From: Lepidodermella squamata
Lineage: Eukaryota > Animalia > Gastrotricha
DNA length: 64,000 bases
Direction of reading: 5' to 3'
Assembly (NCBI GenBank): GCA_047495785.1
Contig: JBLDXI010000007.1
Location: 1,364,001 to 1,428,000, forward strand
In this document: positions 33,401-46,618 of the stretch, piece by piece
How the letters are laid out: every line of letters begins with the position of its first letter
How positions within the stretch are numbered: position 1 is the stretch's first letter
Program-made: the position numbers and the translations under genes
Notes under the pieces: model-generated
Databases searched by the model: none
Seen by the model: the letters and a program-made list of their open reading frames with translations, nothing else
Told to the model about the DNA's origin: nothing

Positions 33401-35377
33401 TCAATCGACCGCCTCCAGGAACCACCTAGGCTTTTCAGCCGCCTGTCCGACTCCGACAGCTGCCCGGTGCTGAAATCCGGCATAGCTCCGCAGCCAAGCA
33501 TCTCTCCAGGCCATGTTTTGGATGTAGATACAATCGCCGGGAAGCAAGGGCTCGGGCGATTCAGCTGTCAGATCTGGCTTGCATTTGTGGATCTGCCATT
33601 GTTGTTGGAGACTTGCTTCAGCATAAGCCTCGTATACGCCGGTTCCGCGAGGCCGAGCAAACGCGGGGTTCGCCTCCTGGTATGACAACCACAGGCTTTG
33701 TTCGAAAGCCGGCACCCAGGTAGTTTTAATGCGCACAACGTCGTCATCACGTAGAACTCTGAATAGATTCGGATTGCTGTCAAGCGTCATGACGTGTGGT
33801 AAGGCGACAGGTGACAGCACAGGGTGGTTATAAGATATTTCGTTAAGCATTGTTTGCCTCAGATTATTCATACATATGGTATATTCGTGAAGTAATTGAT
33901 GCCAGTCTAGGAGATCGGCCCGGTTATTGCAAGGGACAGATGAACTTTGCTGATTTTCCCTCCTTATCTGCGGCGAGCCTAGAAGTAACGAATTTTGGGC
34001 ATAGCGTAATTTGAGTTCATTCCCGAAATAAAGATAAGGACTCTGGCCCTGGGATCCACAGTAAAAGACTTCGCCACTGGGCTGCAGGTAACTCCGGCAG
34101 TACTCATTAAGTGCCACTTCCAAGGCGATTCTACGCTCGTCGATTTTCTCATCGTCAGGGAAAGCCTTTCTAGTCAGTAAACTGGCAATGGATTCCAAGT
34201 GCATAGCTATTGGTAGCGGTTCATTGAGGGTATCAACGAGCCACGATTCAAAGCTGAGATTTCCCGAGGGCTTGGCTCCTATCGTGAATATCGATCGAGA
34301 TGAAACCATTTTGTCAAACGTTTCGCTTGCTTGCCGTAGTTCATTGGATGTCTCATTCTTCGAAAGAGAAGCAGAACCTTTTGCGGAGGGAATGCGCGCC
34401 TTCGTCGAGTACGAAGCCGTTTTGGCAAAGTCCCATTTTTCAGATGTCATTTTTCGCCAGTTTTGCGTCAAAACGGCAAATCGCTCGCCGTAGAGAGCTC
34501 CCATTGTCATTCGCGTGATAATCGAAGTTCCGTAGGAAGCAAAGAATTTGCTGTAGATACGCTTATCATCGGCACTCGTTTCGTTGCCCGACGTGGCCCG
34601 AGTCGGCAAATTCTTGACATCAGTGACGAAATCTTGTGTCAACTTCGGCGCGTCGAAATAGTTGAGTTGGGCAAGGTAGACCGAACATGTGGCTGCAGTT
34701 TCTGCCACGTAACTGCTTTGTTTCATGAATTCTTCGTGAACTTGTTTATAATCACGACTTGCTGTAAACGCCATTTTCGCTTTGAAATACGATGAAAGCG
34801 AAGATTCGGCGCCATACGACGTCGTCACCGATCGCTCGAGTGAACTCAGGTATTCGTTTATGCTGCTGCTGACTGAGACATCGAAATCGAGCTGACACGA
34901 TACAGCTGGCGAAATGAAAACTTTTGGCGGTGTTCGATAGCGCTTATCCGATGTCAGATCGTTGCAATAGTTTGAAAAGTTGAAGATGGGCGATCGGAAC
35001 CCGGGATCGATGCCTGTTGTTGGATGCGGGTTGCCAAAAAAAATATCGTAACCCATGCCGAAATAGCCAGTATTCGGGAAATGCGGTATTTTCTTCGTGC
35101 CTTCCTCTAACTGGCAATCTTCTCCTTTCTTAAACGCAACTGTGGTCCCTCCCGGTGCAATCAATAGCTTCATAGATGAGTGAATTCCTCCCAAGACTCC
35201 GAGGCAAATGATTAGTAAGAGTGTGAATGGCGGAAGTATCCACGAGCAGTACTTCTTCGCATACGATATGCATCGGTTAGGGTTGAGTGACCTATTCTCA
35301 GCAGACGCCGAGGTTTCGGGCGCAGAGATTGTCCCGGACGTCAGATTTTCCATGAAGATTACTTCCATCGAAACCAT
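33401..35377 (-). CDS. MACPF (perforin-like) domain protein, intronless, with an N-terminal hydrophobic anchor
   Basis: FGMGYDIFFGNP..DPGFRSPIF, C..Y, FFASYGTSIITRMTMGALYG (MACPF signature variant), W..PLPI..L.SIASLL, L..ALNEY. Confidence 0.85.
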   Translation of the reverse strand: MVSMEVIFMENLTSGTISAPETSASAENRSLNPNRCISYAKKYCSWILPPFTLLLIICLGVLGGIHSSMKLLIAPGGTTVAFKKGEDCQLEEGTKKIPHFPNTGYFGMGYDIFFGNPHPTTGIDPGFRSPIFNFSNYCNDLTSDKRYRTPPKVFISPAVSCQLDFDVSVSSSINEYLSSLERSVTTSYGAESSLSSYFKAKMAFTASRDYKQVHEEFMKQSSYVAETAATCSVYLAQLNYFDAPKLTQDFVTDVKNLPTRATSGNETSADDKRIYSKFFASYGTSIITRMTMGALYGERFAVLTQNWRKMTSEKWDFAKTASYSTKARIPSAKGSASLSKNETSNELRQASETFDKMVSSRSIFTIGAKPSGNLSFESWLVDTLNEPLPIAMHLESIASLLTRKAFPDDEKIDERRIALEVALNEYCRSYLQPSGEVFYCGSQGQSPYLYFGNELKLRYAQNSLLLGSPQIRRENQQSSSVPCNNRADLLDWHQLLHEYTICMNNLRQTMLNEISYNHPVLSPVALPHVMTLDSNPNLFRVLRDDDVVRIKTTWVPAFEQSLWLSYQEANPAFARPRGTGVYEAYAEASLQQQWQIHKCKPDLTAESPEPLLPGDCIYIQNMAWRDAWLRSYAGFQHRAAVGVGQAAEKPRWFLEAVD

Positions 35378-36165
35378 TACTTCCGATTATGTCATGAAAA
35401 ATATACTATTGTATAAAAATCGGTACATAAATGCATGGTTTCAAACTGACACACGGGTCGCTAATTTTGAACTAATTAGTAGAGCGATGAGAGGGGAGAG
35501 GGGCGATGAGAATGACCACGAATACTTGTTGGAATTTGACAATTCTAGATTTTGTGAGATTTGATTATTAAATTGAATAGGAAATATGGGACATGGTTTA
35601 GGAAAACCTGAAGTAACTGAGGCAACACCTGGTGAGCGCCCATTGTTGAGCAACACCCAATTTTATTTGACAGAAAAAGCATGTTAGTGTCGGTTTTCCT
35701 ATGCCGCGTCTCTTATTTTAGAGATAAATGTGAATGCGATGCGTTTCGAATGGATCAAGTTTTACAATTCGAAGCCGTTCTTTCTATGACATTGTAGGTG
35801 GTGTTTTGCATAGTGCACTCGATGAATCATAAAACGCCATTTTTTGCGGTGGGGTTGGTGGTTCGGTCGAGCGGTCGGGCGGTCGTGAATATTGCTCTGA
35901 TTAGCTAGACAGTGCTGCGCAATATATATTGAAAGAGCTTATCGCTTTTTCCAAATACTGCCCGTCCTGTAACTGATATCTTTTTTATACATTAATGATT
36001 TTGTGAATTTTAAAACTGCTTTACTCTTATTGTCGCACAACTAGATAAACTAACACTATATATGTACTAATTGTTTTAAAGTTAGCGGCCTGCGTGCCCT
36101 TTTGCAACCACGAATTTTTGTACCGATTTTTTTTATACGAAAGTATATTATTCGAAATTATATAC

Positions 36166-36191
36166 ATAATAATAATAATAATAATAATAAT
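36166..36191 (+). repeat. (AAT)n microsatellite
   Basis: About 8-9 tandem ATA units. Confidence 0.9.
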
Positions 36192-36545
36192 TGCTAATAC
36201 GAAGCTAATACGAAGTTAAGGGGACAGCAAAGAAAACAGGTTCAAGGACCTTGTGCTTTATGGCTTCATTCACAGATATTTATAGCGAAGAAGTTCTTTT
36301 ATCGAGTAATCAATCGACTAATCGATCAATTTACCAACTTAACTAAACTAACAATGCATTACAAGATTAATAAAAATAGTATTCAAAATAAAGTTTTCAT
36401 TGTAATTGGAAATGAAAAAATAAAGGCAAAAATTCAACGATATAGAAAAAGAGTAGAAAGACGCAAAAATTTACCTACAATATCTGCGTCAGCAAAGAAA
36501 CGTGTTCATTTCGAATTTTCTTGACAACCGTTTTCAGTTGAACTG

Positions 36546-36701
36546 CAGTAGTTTTGCGTTAAGCCGGGCAATCATAAGCCGGACTTGCGTTAATACGGAC
36601 AATATCGAGTGGCTCGTTTCGTGACATTGCAGGTTAATTATTTGCAATAAGCCGGACTTTCGTTAAGCCGGACAAAATTCCGGCTAAACGCAAAACTACT
36701 G
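36546..36701. mobile_element. 156 bp Tc1/mariner-type MITE
   Basis: TIRs CAGTAGTTTTGCGTT / AACGCAAAACTACTG, internal taagccgga repeats, TA on the right and TG on the left. Confidence 0.8.
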
Positions 36702-38369
36702 TATTATTATACGTCGAAATTAATAGTGAAATCATAGGAAAATCCGTTATTATAATTTATCTGCACTTCCCGATGGTTTAAGACATCGTCATATCTTCGC
36801 TGATTTCAACATTTTTCGATGAAACAAGTCACGCGCCAATGAATGGTAGAATAAATAAAAAACGGCCTCGCCCTGGTCGACGCCCAGAACCAAGGCCTGA
36901 AATAACCACCGGTTCAAGCCCGTGGCCACGACCTCGGCGTTGCGTCGTCACGGCTATCGCAGTGAAAGCACCTTCAGCCGCCCCCAAGTAATAATATGAC
37001 CCACATCTTTGCCCTGATCCACGACCTGGGGGCCGCCCGCGCCATTTTTCACGAGTAGCTGCAGGTACTTGATCAGCAATGACTGTATCTTGAACTAGAC
37101 CGTGACTCGACAACGGCCGCGACGGCGTGTCGTGTAACCTCTGACCTCGTCGCTACCAGGAGCAAATCCAAACCCGCGGACCATTTCTAGCGCACGACAA
37201 CTGTCAACGGAATCTTCATCATCTAAAACCACAGAGCGATCGTCTTATTCTTCCCAGTCGTTGTAGTTCTCATCAGATTCGCAAATTGTTAGAAAAACTA
37301 GTATTTGATGCGAAAAACTTTAAAAGAATGAATAGTTATCTGATGACTACCCATCTTCAAGTTTAAAAGTAAGTTGGCGAAACAAATACCAGAAGCCTCG
37401 ACTAGCCCCATCAGGTTTCATCAATTCAGTTCTAATTGATCATCTATCCGTCTAAAATACGTCATCCAATATCATGGCGATTGAGCTTAAAATTTATTCT
37501 TTCCAGCTTTAAATGTGGCAGGTTATTCCTGTGACCTTGCAAAGAGTGAACTGCTCTAATTTCGGACACAAAGCAGGCAAAGAATTCTCAAAAAATCATT
37601 TTAATCAGATTTTATTAGATTAATTAATTATTGTAATCGGGTGAATTAAATTGACTTCTGATTGCTGAATTGTTGGGTCGTGATAGTATACCTGAAATTT
37701 GGGTAGAATATTACAATAATCGCCGTCAGTCACACAGAAAATCAAATGACCAGGCCTCATACTGAAAATCACGGATAATTTCAACTTTCAACGTTCAATT
37801 TATTTCGAATTGTTTAATTAATTGGAAAATTCCGGAAAATTCTCTGGAAGGGATTATTGGGCGAATTCATCAAGATCTTTAGACGGGTTGAACAGGAATA
37901 AACAGGAAGAAGAACGAAGTCAATGCGCGATTGTTTCGTTATTTTTTCATACTTGTGACCAGTTCAGCACGTGACATTTATCGCATCATTTTCCAAAAAA
38001 AATAGCAGAAAATTGAATCTGACCGCTTATCGCCGACAGTTTCCCATCAATCAGCCGATCCTGTCGATTTTCCTCATCGATCCGTTTTCCCACAGATCTT
38101 CGTAAACTCCCGAATTATTTTCATCGACAGAGATCAAGCAATTATCCATAACCTTAAAATAAAAACTCCGTATTTCAATAGCATATTATATGCTACTACG
38201 ACAAGATTTCACGAGTTGCGGTACAGAATGACAGTTTTATAGCTTTCGGTGAGATTGGAGCGATCGAAACATGAGCTAGATTCAAAGTTGAACGCGTGAA
38301 TTCACGAAGAACAAAATTCGAGGCATGCTTTTTAAAATATTTATTTTCGATCAAGCCACCTTAAAATCA

Positions 38370-41165
38370 GCCAGATCGGGGCAATTCAAGGTGCCACGTT
38401 AACTCTAGCCACTGGGTATAGTTCGCCGGACTATGATCTTGACTTAACTTTTTTGCAGCTTTGCTTGGACGGGCTAGGCGATCCCAATGCTCCTTGTTTG
38501 TTTTCAGGTGACCTGAACGCTTGGCACCCTTGCCTTTCGGACTCTAAAAGCCGAAACAAGGCTGGAAACGGCCTCGTTGCATGGCTCGAAACCGAGGGTC
38601 ACACGTTGTTAAGTAACGGCACTCCAACGCATTTTTCCGCTGCTGGTGTTGGGAGGCAAATCGATATTTGGTTGGGAAACAACGCTGCCCTCGCGTACGT
38701 ATCAAACACCGCAAAGGTATGTGATCACTGCGCGACATTGTTGAACGTGGACTTCGAGGCGGTCCCCACGCCTCCACTAGTCAACTCGAACGAACCTCGT
38801 CTCAACTTCTACAAGGCCAATTGGAACAGGTTTGAAGAACGGCTTAAGCACTGGTTGAAAGTGTTGGCAGAGCCTGTGTAACCAAAACCCGGTGACCCCG
38901 TCGACAGCATCGATCGATACGCTGATGCTATCACCGAAGCTATTAAGCGAGCGGCAGCAGAGGTAATCCCGGTGTGTGCCGAAAGTAAGCTACCCACTTG
39001 GAGGCTAACTCGCCAAATTTCTGATTTGCTAGCTACAAAAAATCGGCTAGAACGTTTATATGACAAACGTCGGAATTCTGATTTAAAAACGGAAATTAAT
39101 CGTATATCTAAAAACATCAAAAACCTAATAGCTGTAGAAAAAATCAAGGCTTGTGAAAAATTTCTGAAAAATTTAGCGAAACTCTTCAATGAAAACAAGC
39201 CTAGACAAGCCTGGCAGGCGGTCAACAGCAAAATTAGTGGCCGACGTCGCCAGCGTAAAATTACCACATTGAATAATAACAGAGGTGTGGGTGTGACGGA
39301 CGACAAAGGTAAGGCCGAACTACTCGCCGAAACGTTTGGCAACGTGGTCAAAGGTCCGCCAGTCACCTCAACGAAACCTGACGATTTGAAATTCTGGCGT
39401 GACACAGAAGCCAAAATCGCCAGCGATGACGGTATGCGTCCTTTGCAATTTATTCCTAGGGCTCAAACGGTGAAAGTACCTAAATGGGCAGTTCGACAAA
39501 TGCTCAAGAGCCTCAAATGGAAGGCCCCCGGCCGCGATAATGTTTCGAATGTTTTGTTGAAACAGGGCGGCAAAAAGCTGGCATCCCACTTGCGCTACCT
39601 CTACCAGTTAAGCCTCAACAGTGGCTATGTCCCTAGGGCGTGGAAGGTCGCGATCATTGTACCAATCCTAAAAGATGGTAAGGACTCGAGACTTGCGGAT
39701 TCCTATCGACCTGTCTCCCTTCTGCCCGCTATGAGCAAAGGACTTGAAATTATTGTTGCAAAATTTCTGTATCACTTCCTAGAGTCCAGAAACCTCCTAC
39801 CTCGCCATCAATATGGCTTTAGGTCCCTTCGATCTACCATCGACCCAGTGTTCAGATTCATATCTGACATTGGCATCTCCATCTCGAAACGATACAAGCT
39901 GGTGGCGTTGCTCCTTGACTTCAAGGCTGCGTTCGATTGCATCTGGCACGATGGTCTTCGAACCAAGCTGAAGCAATCAGGTGCCCCAGAACCAATCGTC
40001 AGATGGGTGTCCGACTTCCTGCGCGACCGCTCATTTCAGGTCCGCGTCGGCTCTGAACTTAGTGATTCGCGGCCTATCTGCTGTGGTGTGCCGCAAGGCT
40101 CGCCACTGTCGCCCCTTTTATTCATTTTTTACACTGCAGAAATGCAGCCGAAGGATTCCAAGCCAGACGACGCGGCTCCCATCGTGTCGCGAAAGGCACG
40201 TTTGCCGACGACGCGCTCAACTGGGCGTATGGTGTGAACTACCACACCTGCGTCAGCCGCCTGCAAAGGCGCCTGCGGGTTATCGAACAATGGTGCAATC
40301 GCTGGAGATTGCGTCTCAACCCGGCCAAGTGCGAGTCGATGGTTTTCGGCCACTACGGACGCACGCCACCCTCTGTCGCCCTTGAGCTCTATGGCCAGCC
40401 GATTCCGCAGGTCAACCGAGTCCGTTATCTTGGCATTCACCTGACGCCTCAGCTGAGCTGGAACTACCACATAAGCGTTGTAGCCGCGAAGCTCAGGCCC
40501 CGGGTGGGGTCACTGTATGCCCTTTGCAAACGCAATATACTTAATAAGCGCACTTGCGTTCTTCTGTATAAATCCCTTCTAGAGTCCTTGGTTGCCTATG
40601 GAGCACCTGCCTTGCGCTGCATGCCCTTGTCATCCTGGAAGCAGCTGACGGATCTGCAAGCCCACTGCCTTAGAGCCCTCCTTGATCTGCCCTTCGAAGT
40701 TGAGCCTTGTGACGCCCTTGCCTTCGCTGGAGTCGACTCCATCGAAGAAGTGTTCCATCGAAGTTTTGAACGATATGGAGGCCGCTGCTTAGCGGCTGAT
40801 CTTGACATGGCGGAGTATATCAAATACGTCGCCGAAATCGCACCTTCTGATGAAAAAGCCCGTCAAAAAGCTTGGAGCAAAAATGCCCCGCCTGGCATTT
40901 GCGAAACGAAACCAGAACCGAAATAATCTCAGCTGATAACCGCGTATGGCTAGATATCGAATGCTAAGAACAAAATCAACGAAAAATCAACAGAAATCAA
41001 TGAAAAACGGCATGAAAAAAAAAACATATAAAAATATCCTGTTTTATATATACTTATAACATATGTGATGAAATATTGTTATAGCTTTTATATTTTTATG
41101 AAAGCACAGTGCGGGCATGAGTTAACGCGCCGCGAGTGCCGAGAGGCAAAGGTTGTTAAATAAAA
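38370..41165 (+). mobile_element. 5'-truncated, disabled non-LTR retrotransposon (APE endonuclease + RT)
   Basis: GDLNAWHP, PTHF and IDIWL (endonuclease); KAPGRD, YRPVSLL, QYGFR, LDFKAAFD, GVPQGSPLSPLLF, FADD and YLG (RT). In-frame stop at 38879-38881, frameshift ~40190, small 3' UTR hairpin TGCCGAGAGGCA. Confidence 0.93.
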
Positions 41166-41394
41166 TCTTTTTCATGCCAATTCGTGCTGCGCCATTTCAA
41201 CGATGTCAAACCGCCCCACTGCGGGCCAGCCATTAACTTGCATTTTTTTCGAAATTTCAGAACAAATAACCGTTGCCCGCATTCAACCAAACTGGTGTCA
41301 ACCGCAAATATTCAGCTTTGGGAAGAAAGCACGAAGGCCGAAGTACACCAATTTAGTGTCACGAATTCTGAAAAGTCTTCCGCGGTCTAGGATT

Positions 41395-43180
41395 TTCCGA
41401 CAGGGTGGATTTTTGCCGGGCATGGAAGAGGCCCAAAAAAGGCCTGAGATTTTAGCGCTATTTTCAGGAATTTTACCAGGCCTGGAAGTGGCCCAAAAAT
41501 GGCCCGAGATTCTAACGCATTTTTTGAGTGTTTTTCGCCAGGTCCGATATGGGCCTAAAAATATAACGCAACTGCAACTAACCGCAAGCCTAACTGCAAG
41601 CCTAAAATGGACTCACTGCGATGCGCGGATCGCGGATTTTCATTGTAGGAGCTCAATGATTACACCGGATTATTTGAAGGCAATTTTCACAGTAAAGAAC
41701 ATATATCCCAACTCTGAGTTAATAAGGTAATTTTTACTCGCAAGTGTACGTAAACTCGCTCATATTGCTGCTCTGCTGATTATGCAATCCTGTTATCTGT
41801 CGTGAATTGTCGCAATCTGTCGTTCGAATCTTCATAAATTCGACGGTTTATGAAGCAAACCTATCCATCGCAGCAGACATCAACGGCAGAGCTCGTAAGC
41901 GAGCAGGCGTACGGATAGTTGTACGCTTGTTGGAGTTTAAACCCATCGATTAAAGTAGAACAATTGGAATTCCATGGTCAGCGTATGTATATCATGTGGT
42001 ATAGCGTGTGGAAAAAACATCCAGGTTTTACATGTAAATAAATATGCGCAAGTTTGAAGTTTCAAAAAGATCCGCCATAATGAAAGTTTTGCGAAAATCG
42101 GCGAACAAATAAAGAATTATAACTTCAAGTTCAGGTAAGAGTTTCAGCTCTGATAACTCTATTCTCTGTATCCATTTCATTCTCCTCGCTTTGAATCTTT
42201 TGACTTGGGACTCGCCAGCGATTTTCTTTCTATTCATGATTGCCAATGGCGAAATATTTCTCTTCGCGAACCTCTCAACGACGAAAATTCGACTGAATCG
42301 AGTGGAACATCGATGGCAGAACGAATTCAATCAAGTAGCGGCATAGCATTCATGCCCTTTTTACCAATTTTTCTATTTTTCGATCAGATAGAAGAGAAAA
42401 GACGATGAGCTGCGATTATTGGCCCCGTTTTAGGCGAATCAATCAAAACCAAGCGAAGTACAGAAGGACGAAGGAAACGCATATTATGTCTTATAGGTCC
42501 CTTTAAAGGTAGTAAATGCACTGATATTTCTTAATTCCAATTTTAGATTCCACTTTCATAAGGCCGACGACATCGAAGATCGAATATGATTTTGGAGAGC
42601 ATGGTTCGAACCCGTTCAACAGTCAACAGTATCAGCGTGTCCAGCTATCGTCTAGCAAATATCGAAGCCTACAGCCAACAAGACGCCCTCATCGAACAAA
42701 GCACAAAGCGATGAAAGCAAGAACGAATCAGCCGGCGATACTCCGGATGAGGAATAGAAGCGTTTATTTGAATGAAGACTGCCAATTCGACTACGAAGTG
42801 AGCTCAGATTACCCAGAACAACGCTTACGCTTCAAGCTAGGACGAGGACAGCGATAGAGAGATTGGCTTGGCTTTAACTATCATTCGCGTTTAAGCTACT
42901 CGGGCTATTCCAATATTGCTAATTAATGGAATATATATATAAAATCAAGTTAAATGCTGTATAAATGCAACTCAGGTGTATTATATAAGTGAAAAACGGG
43001 TGGCGATGCAAGGTGGACCGAAGGGCACTCTTCTTATGAATTTATGCCTGAAACAGGCCCAGAATAGGCCCTGGGTCTCTCAATTTAGGCCTAAAAATCT
43101 GCAAAACGTAGGCCTGAAATGGGCCTTTTCCAGGTATTTCGTCCAGGCCTAGAATAGACCTGGACTCTCCCGTCTGGGAT
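41395..43180. mobile_element. Non-autonomous TIR element with aggcc-rich subterminal repeats
   Basis: The right end (...GACTCTCCCGTCTGGG) is the reverse complement of a related end at 31041 (CCCAGTCGGGAGTGTCCAGGCCTATTCT). aggcct/ggccc repeats occur at 41420-41560 and 43050-43160. Confidence 0.55.
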
Positions 43181-43904
43181 TGCCAAGTCTGTCCTGAACA
43201 TCAAGGCATAGGTACCTTGCCTCCCGCCCGGCCACTTCTTAAAAATTTCCGCAACCACTTAAATAAACATCAAATAAAAAAGTAGCTCAGAAGTCTTTGT
43301 CTGTTTTTGAGAGAGTCGTTAGGTATCCCAAGCGAGTTATCATCGGAACATTAACATTACATATACTTACTACTCACGGGGCTACAATAGGCTTTCGTAT
43401 ACACATGTAGGCTGTAGTCGAGGTTGAATTGATTTTGTTGTTGGTTCAATCGTCACAGTTTTTTGCATGCATCTTTAGGAAATCTAGGTGAAACTTCACG
43501 AAATTCCAATAACAAAATATGACTGACAATCTCACTGCTGCAGCGCGACGCTGATCGTATAGCCGCACGGTCGTTGTTATGGAAAGAGGCCTGGTGGTGC
43601 GCACACAGTGAACCCATGCAGACTGGATTAACGCTTTTCTTTCCGTGAGAAAAGCGGCCATGATGGTGTTGTTAATGTTCAACCGTCACAGCTCTGTGCA
43701 TGTTCACGCTTTAGGGAATCTTTTGGAAATTCCGATACCAAAAAAATGACTGACAATCTCACAGCTAGCCAACCGTCTATCTGCACGGGCGTCGTTATGG
43801 AAAGAGGCCTGGTGACGTGTATCAACATCATGTGCAGCGATACGATGAACCTAATAAGCAGACGATTTAACGCTTTTCTTTCCGTGAGAAAATCTAGTTT
43901 AATA

Positions 43905-45887
43905 ATGCGCTTCGCTGCGTCGATTTTCGCTATATTGTCGCTCGCGACATTTCCTACCTTTATCCAATCGTCGATGATGACTTTCGAGAAATGGCTGACT
44001 AAGCCTGAGCTGAATAATTTGCTGCCTGCTACGCTGTTGCCATACTTTGACCAGCAAGTTAATTCGAAAACAGAATGCTTTTCTTACTGCACGAGCAATG
44101 CGAGTTGCAGTAGTTTGGCTTATAGCGAGTTGAAACGCTTGTGCAAGCTGTACAGTCATCCGGGTTCTGCAACACCGCTGCCAAAACTGAAGCTGGACTT
44201 GGGGCAGGGTCACAAAATGTACTATCGCAGTCACTTTTGCCCTCCTGGTTGGATAGCGGACAACGATAGCGACCGATGTTATCTTCTTCAAAATCAAACT
44301 CTATGGCGTCAATACTCCTGGAAGGCTTGCGACGAAAATTTTCAATCAGAGCTCGTCACGTTCCAGAATATTGACCAACGACGTCGGTTGTACGAAATTC
44401 TCAAGAATAACGCTCCTTCTAATACGACTAAATAGTGGACTGGCTATGCAGCTTTTGCAGCCAACGTCTGGCCAAGGCCCGTTCAAGAGATTAAAGGCTA
44501 CATCAAACGTATGGGAAATGTTGGCATAGATCTCGTGACGCTGACCAATGTCAAAGGACCCGAGGAATGTGCTAACAAGTGCGATCGAGTCTATCGCGAC
44601 AACTGTGTTGCTTTCACATTCTACCGACGAGATAATTACTGCGTTTTGAAGTCGGTTTCTTTCAACGCGCCGGGTGGGTCGGGTGATGTTGATGCTTGGA
44701 ACTATGAAAAAGTGCGAGGGAGGCCTGTAGCGCGGCTCGAGAATTACAAAATAAACTCCGTAAACGTCAACACCTGCTACAGTGGAACCGCGGCTGCTGT
44801 GCTTACCAGTCAGAGATGTGCCGATATGTGCAAGGAAACGCGTGGCAGGTGCGTGACCTTCCAATTTCGACCCGCTCCTCTGACGCCAGGTGGAACTTGC
44901 TGCCTGTTCTACAACTCATTGTTCAACTCAAGGGCAGTGGAAACTGGAACGAATGTCTACGATTTGGTTGCAATTGACAAACCCCCTTGCATTTTCGGCC
45001 AGCGGTATCACGACAGTTGTTTGACGATAGCTTATGGTGACTTTTTACCAGCGACGCTTCATAATGCTCGGTGCAGTGGTATGGGCGGTATTCTGACTGC
45101 CCCTATCGATGGAACGCAAAAGTATCGAATCATTACTAGCGCTAGTAATCGTTTGGCTAACTTGGGTTTCAGCAACCCTAATTTCATTGTGGACTATGGC
45201 GCTATGGACCCGGGGAAATACCCGAATCCAGCAAATTGGACGACCCAAATCAACAAGCTGTACCTTGCTGGGTCGCCAGCCTATGAACTCTGGCCTTGGA
45301 GTGAACCGCCGAGTTTGGGTCCTGGAGAGTGGCTATGCGGTGCCGGAAAGAATCAGTTTCAAGATTTTGGGGTGGACGTCAACAATCGAATCCTGTGTGA
45401 AATTCCCACATCTCAGTCTTACCCTCAAAATTGTCGACTCACGCCAGCTGGTCGCGAATACAACGGAAGAATGACAAATACGTCAAGTGGAGCTTTATGC
45501 GCTATGTGGAATGGAACTGAATATGACTCAGCGGCAAAAAGCTTTCCTGAGCTCCACGTGTTTCACCGATACTGCAGGAACCCAGACATAGCTCGAATGC
45601 CGAACGGCCCTTTCTGCATGAGGCAGGACAGCAAAACTACGCCTGAATACTGTGATCTGCCCCCGATGTGCCCTGAAACGGATTGGGCACAGGGTCAAGT
45701 TTTTGACAACCCATCCATTCCTTTTGCAACTATAAGTCCGACTAATGACTCTTATGAGTGGACAACTCAACAATTTGATTTCAAGGCTAACGGAATCTGC
45801 AGCTTGGACGTGAGTAACTGGTGCCCTTATTACTTTGGAGGGAGTTGCTACGTAATATACAAGATGCCAAGATTTCACGCCGAAGCT
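43905..45887 (+). pseudogene. Secreted PAN/apple + C-type lectin + kringle mosaic gene, 5' portion (premature stop, truncated 3' end)
   Basis: Signal peptide MRFAASIF...; PAN (ECFSYC...CSSLAY..CKLY); CPPGW..CY lectin; further PAN domains; kringle (GREYNG..T.SG..CAMW..YCRNPD..GPFC..EYCDLP). In-frame TAG at 44433-44435. Confidence 0.8.
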
Positions 45888-46285
45888 GGGCCAATACGTT
45901 GATTCGAACTGCCGGATGATTTCACAGCAAGAGCGTTGGCATGGTCAGCCTCAGCGCTACCATCTTCCTCGCGGCTATCTTCGTCGACAATACTTTTATT
46001 CTCCGAGCCAATAATTTCCGAGTTGATGCATTTCACGATATTAGCATGAACGTTATTGATCGTTTGTGAGCTCGTGCTGTTGTCAAGTAACCGCTTAACG
46101 GCTGCAAATGAGCCAGTGTATGAGCAGGTGAAGTTGTAAAATTCGTTCCGCGACAAAAATCTTAAAACATTAGCATGATGATAAAAAATGAGGATAAGGA
46201 TGCAAATGTAATATTAGGCTTACTCGCAGCACTTCTTCGAGTGAGAAGTCAATGGGTCGTTGCAAACGTCTAACAACTTCGAATC
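45884..46285 (-). pseudogene. Duplicated 3' fragment of the monooxygenase gene
   Basis: Near-identical to 59454-59855. Confidence 0.9.
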
Positions 46286-46618
46286 AGTCTTGGATTTTGA
46301 GTGAATGTTACATTATCTCAACTCAAGGCTAGAAGATTCCCAACATCTGAAGCAGTCTCTTTTTAAGCAAATGATTGGTTGTTACAAAAACCTTTTTATT
46401 TGAACCAATAAGACGAGCGAAGCAAGAGAATTCTACTAAAATTGTCTACTAAAATTAGCTCCAATACCTCCTAAAAATTACGATACATCGGGCTTTATCA
46501 GACGTCACTACGACGGTTGTTACACTCGGTCCGATTAGTTGTTACATGTGTAACATGTGTAACGTGGAAAAAACCACTTTTCGAAGTCTATCCATTCTCA
46601 CTTGGGCTGATTCGGGAT

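Noticed and set aside
11586-40860. Other CTGATGA motifs as hammerheads (e.g. near 11585, 21512, 31901, 37340, 40848)
   Set aside because: None has a properly spaced stem II-GAAA-NUH and a closing stem I.
43515-43890. Extended N-terminus (ORF from 43746) of the lectin gene
   Set aside because: The region is a local direct duplication (43519-43655 versus 43746-43890). The signal peptide begins at the ATG at 43905.
44433-44435. Programmed stop readthrough or alternative genetic code
   Set aside because: A single TAG in a gene that is also truncated. Other genes here use standard stops, so a nonsense mutation is simpler.
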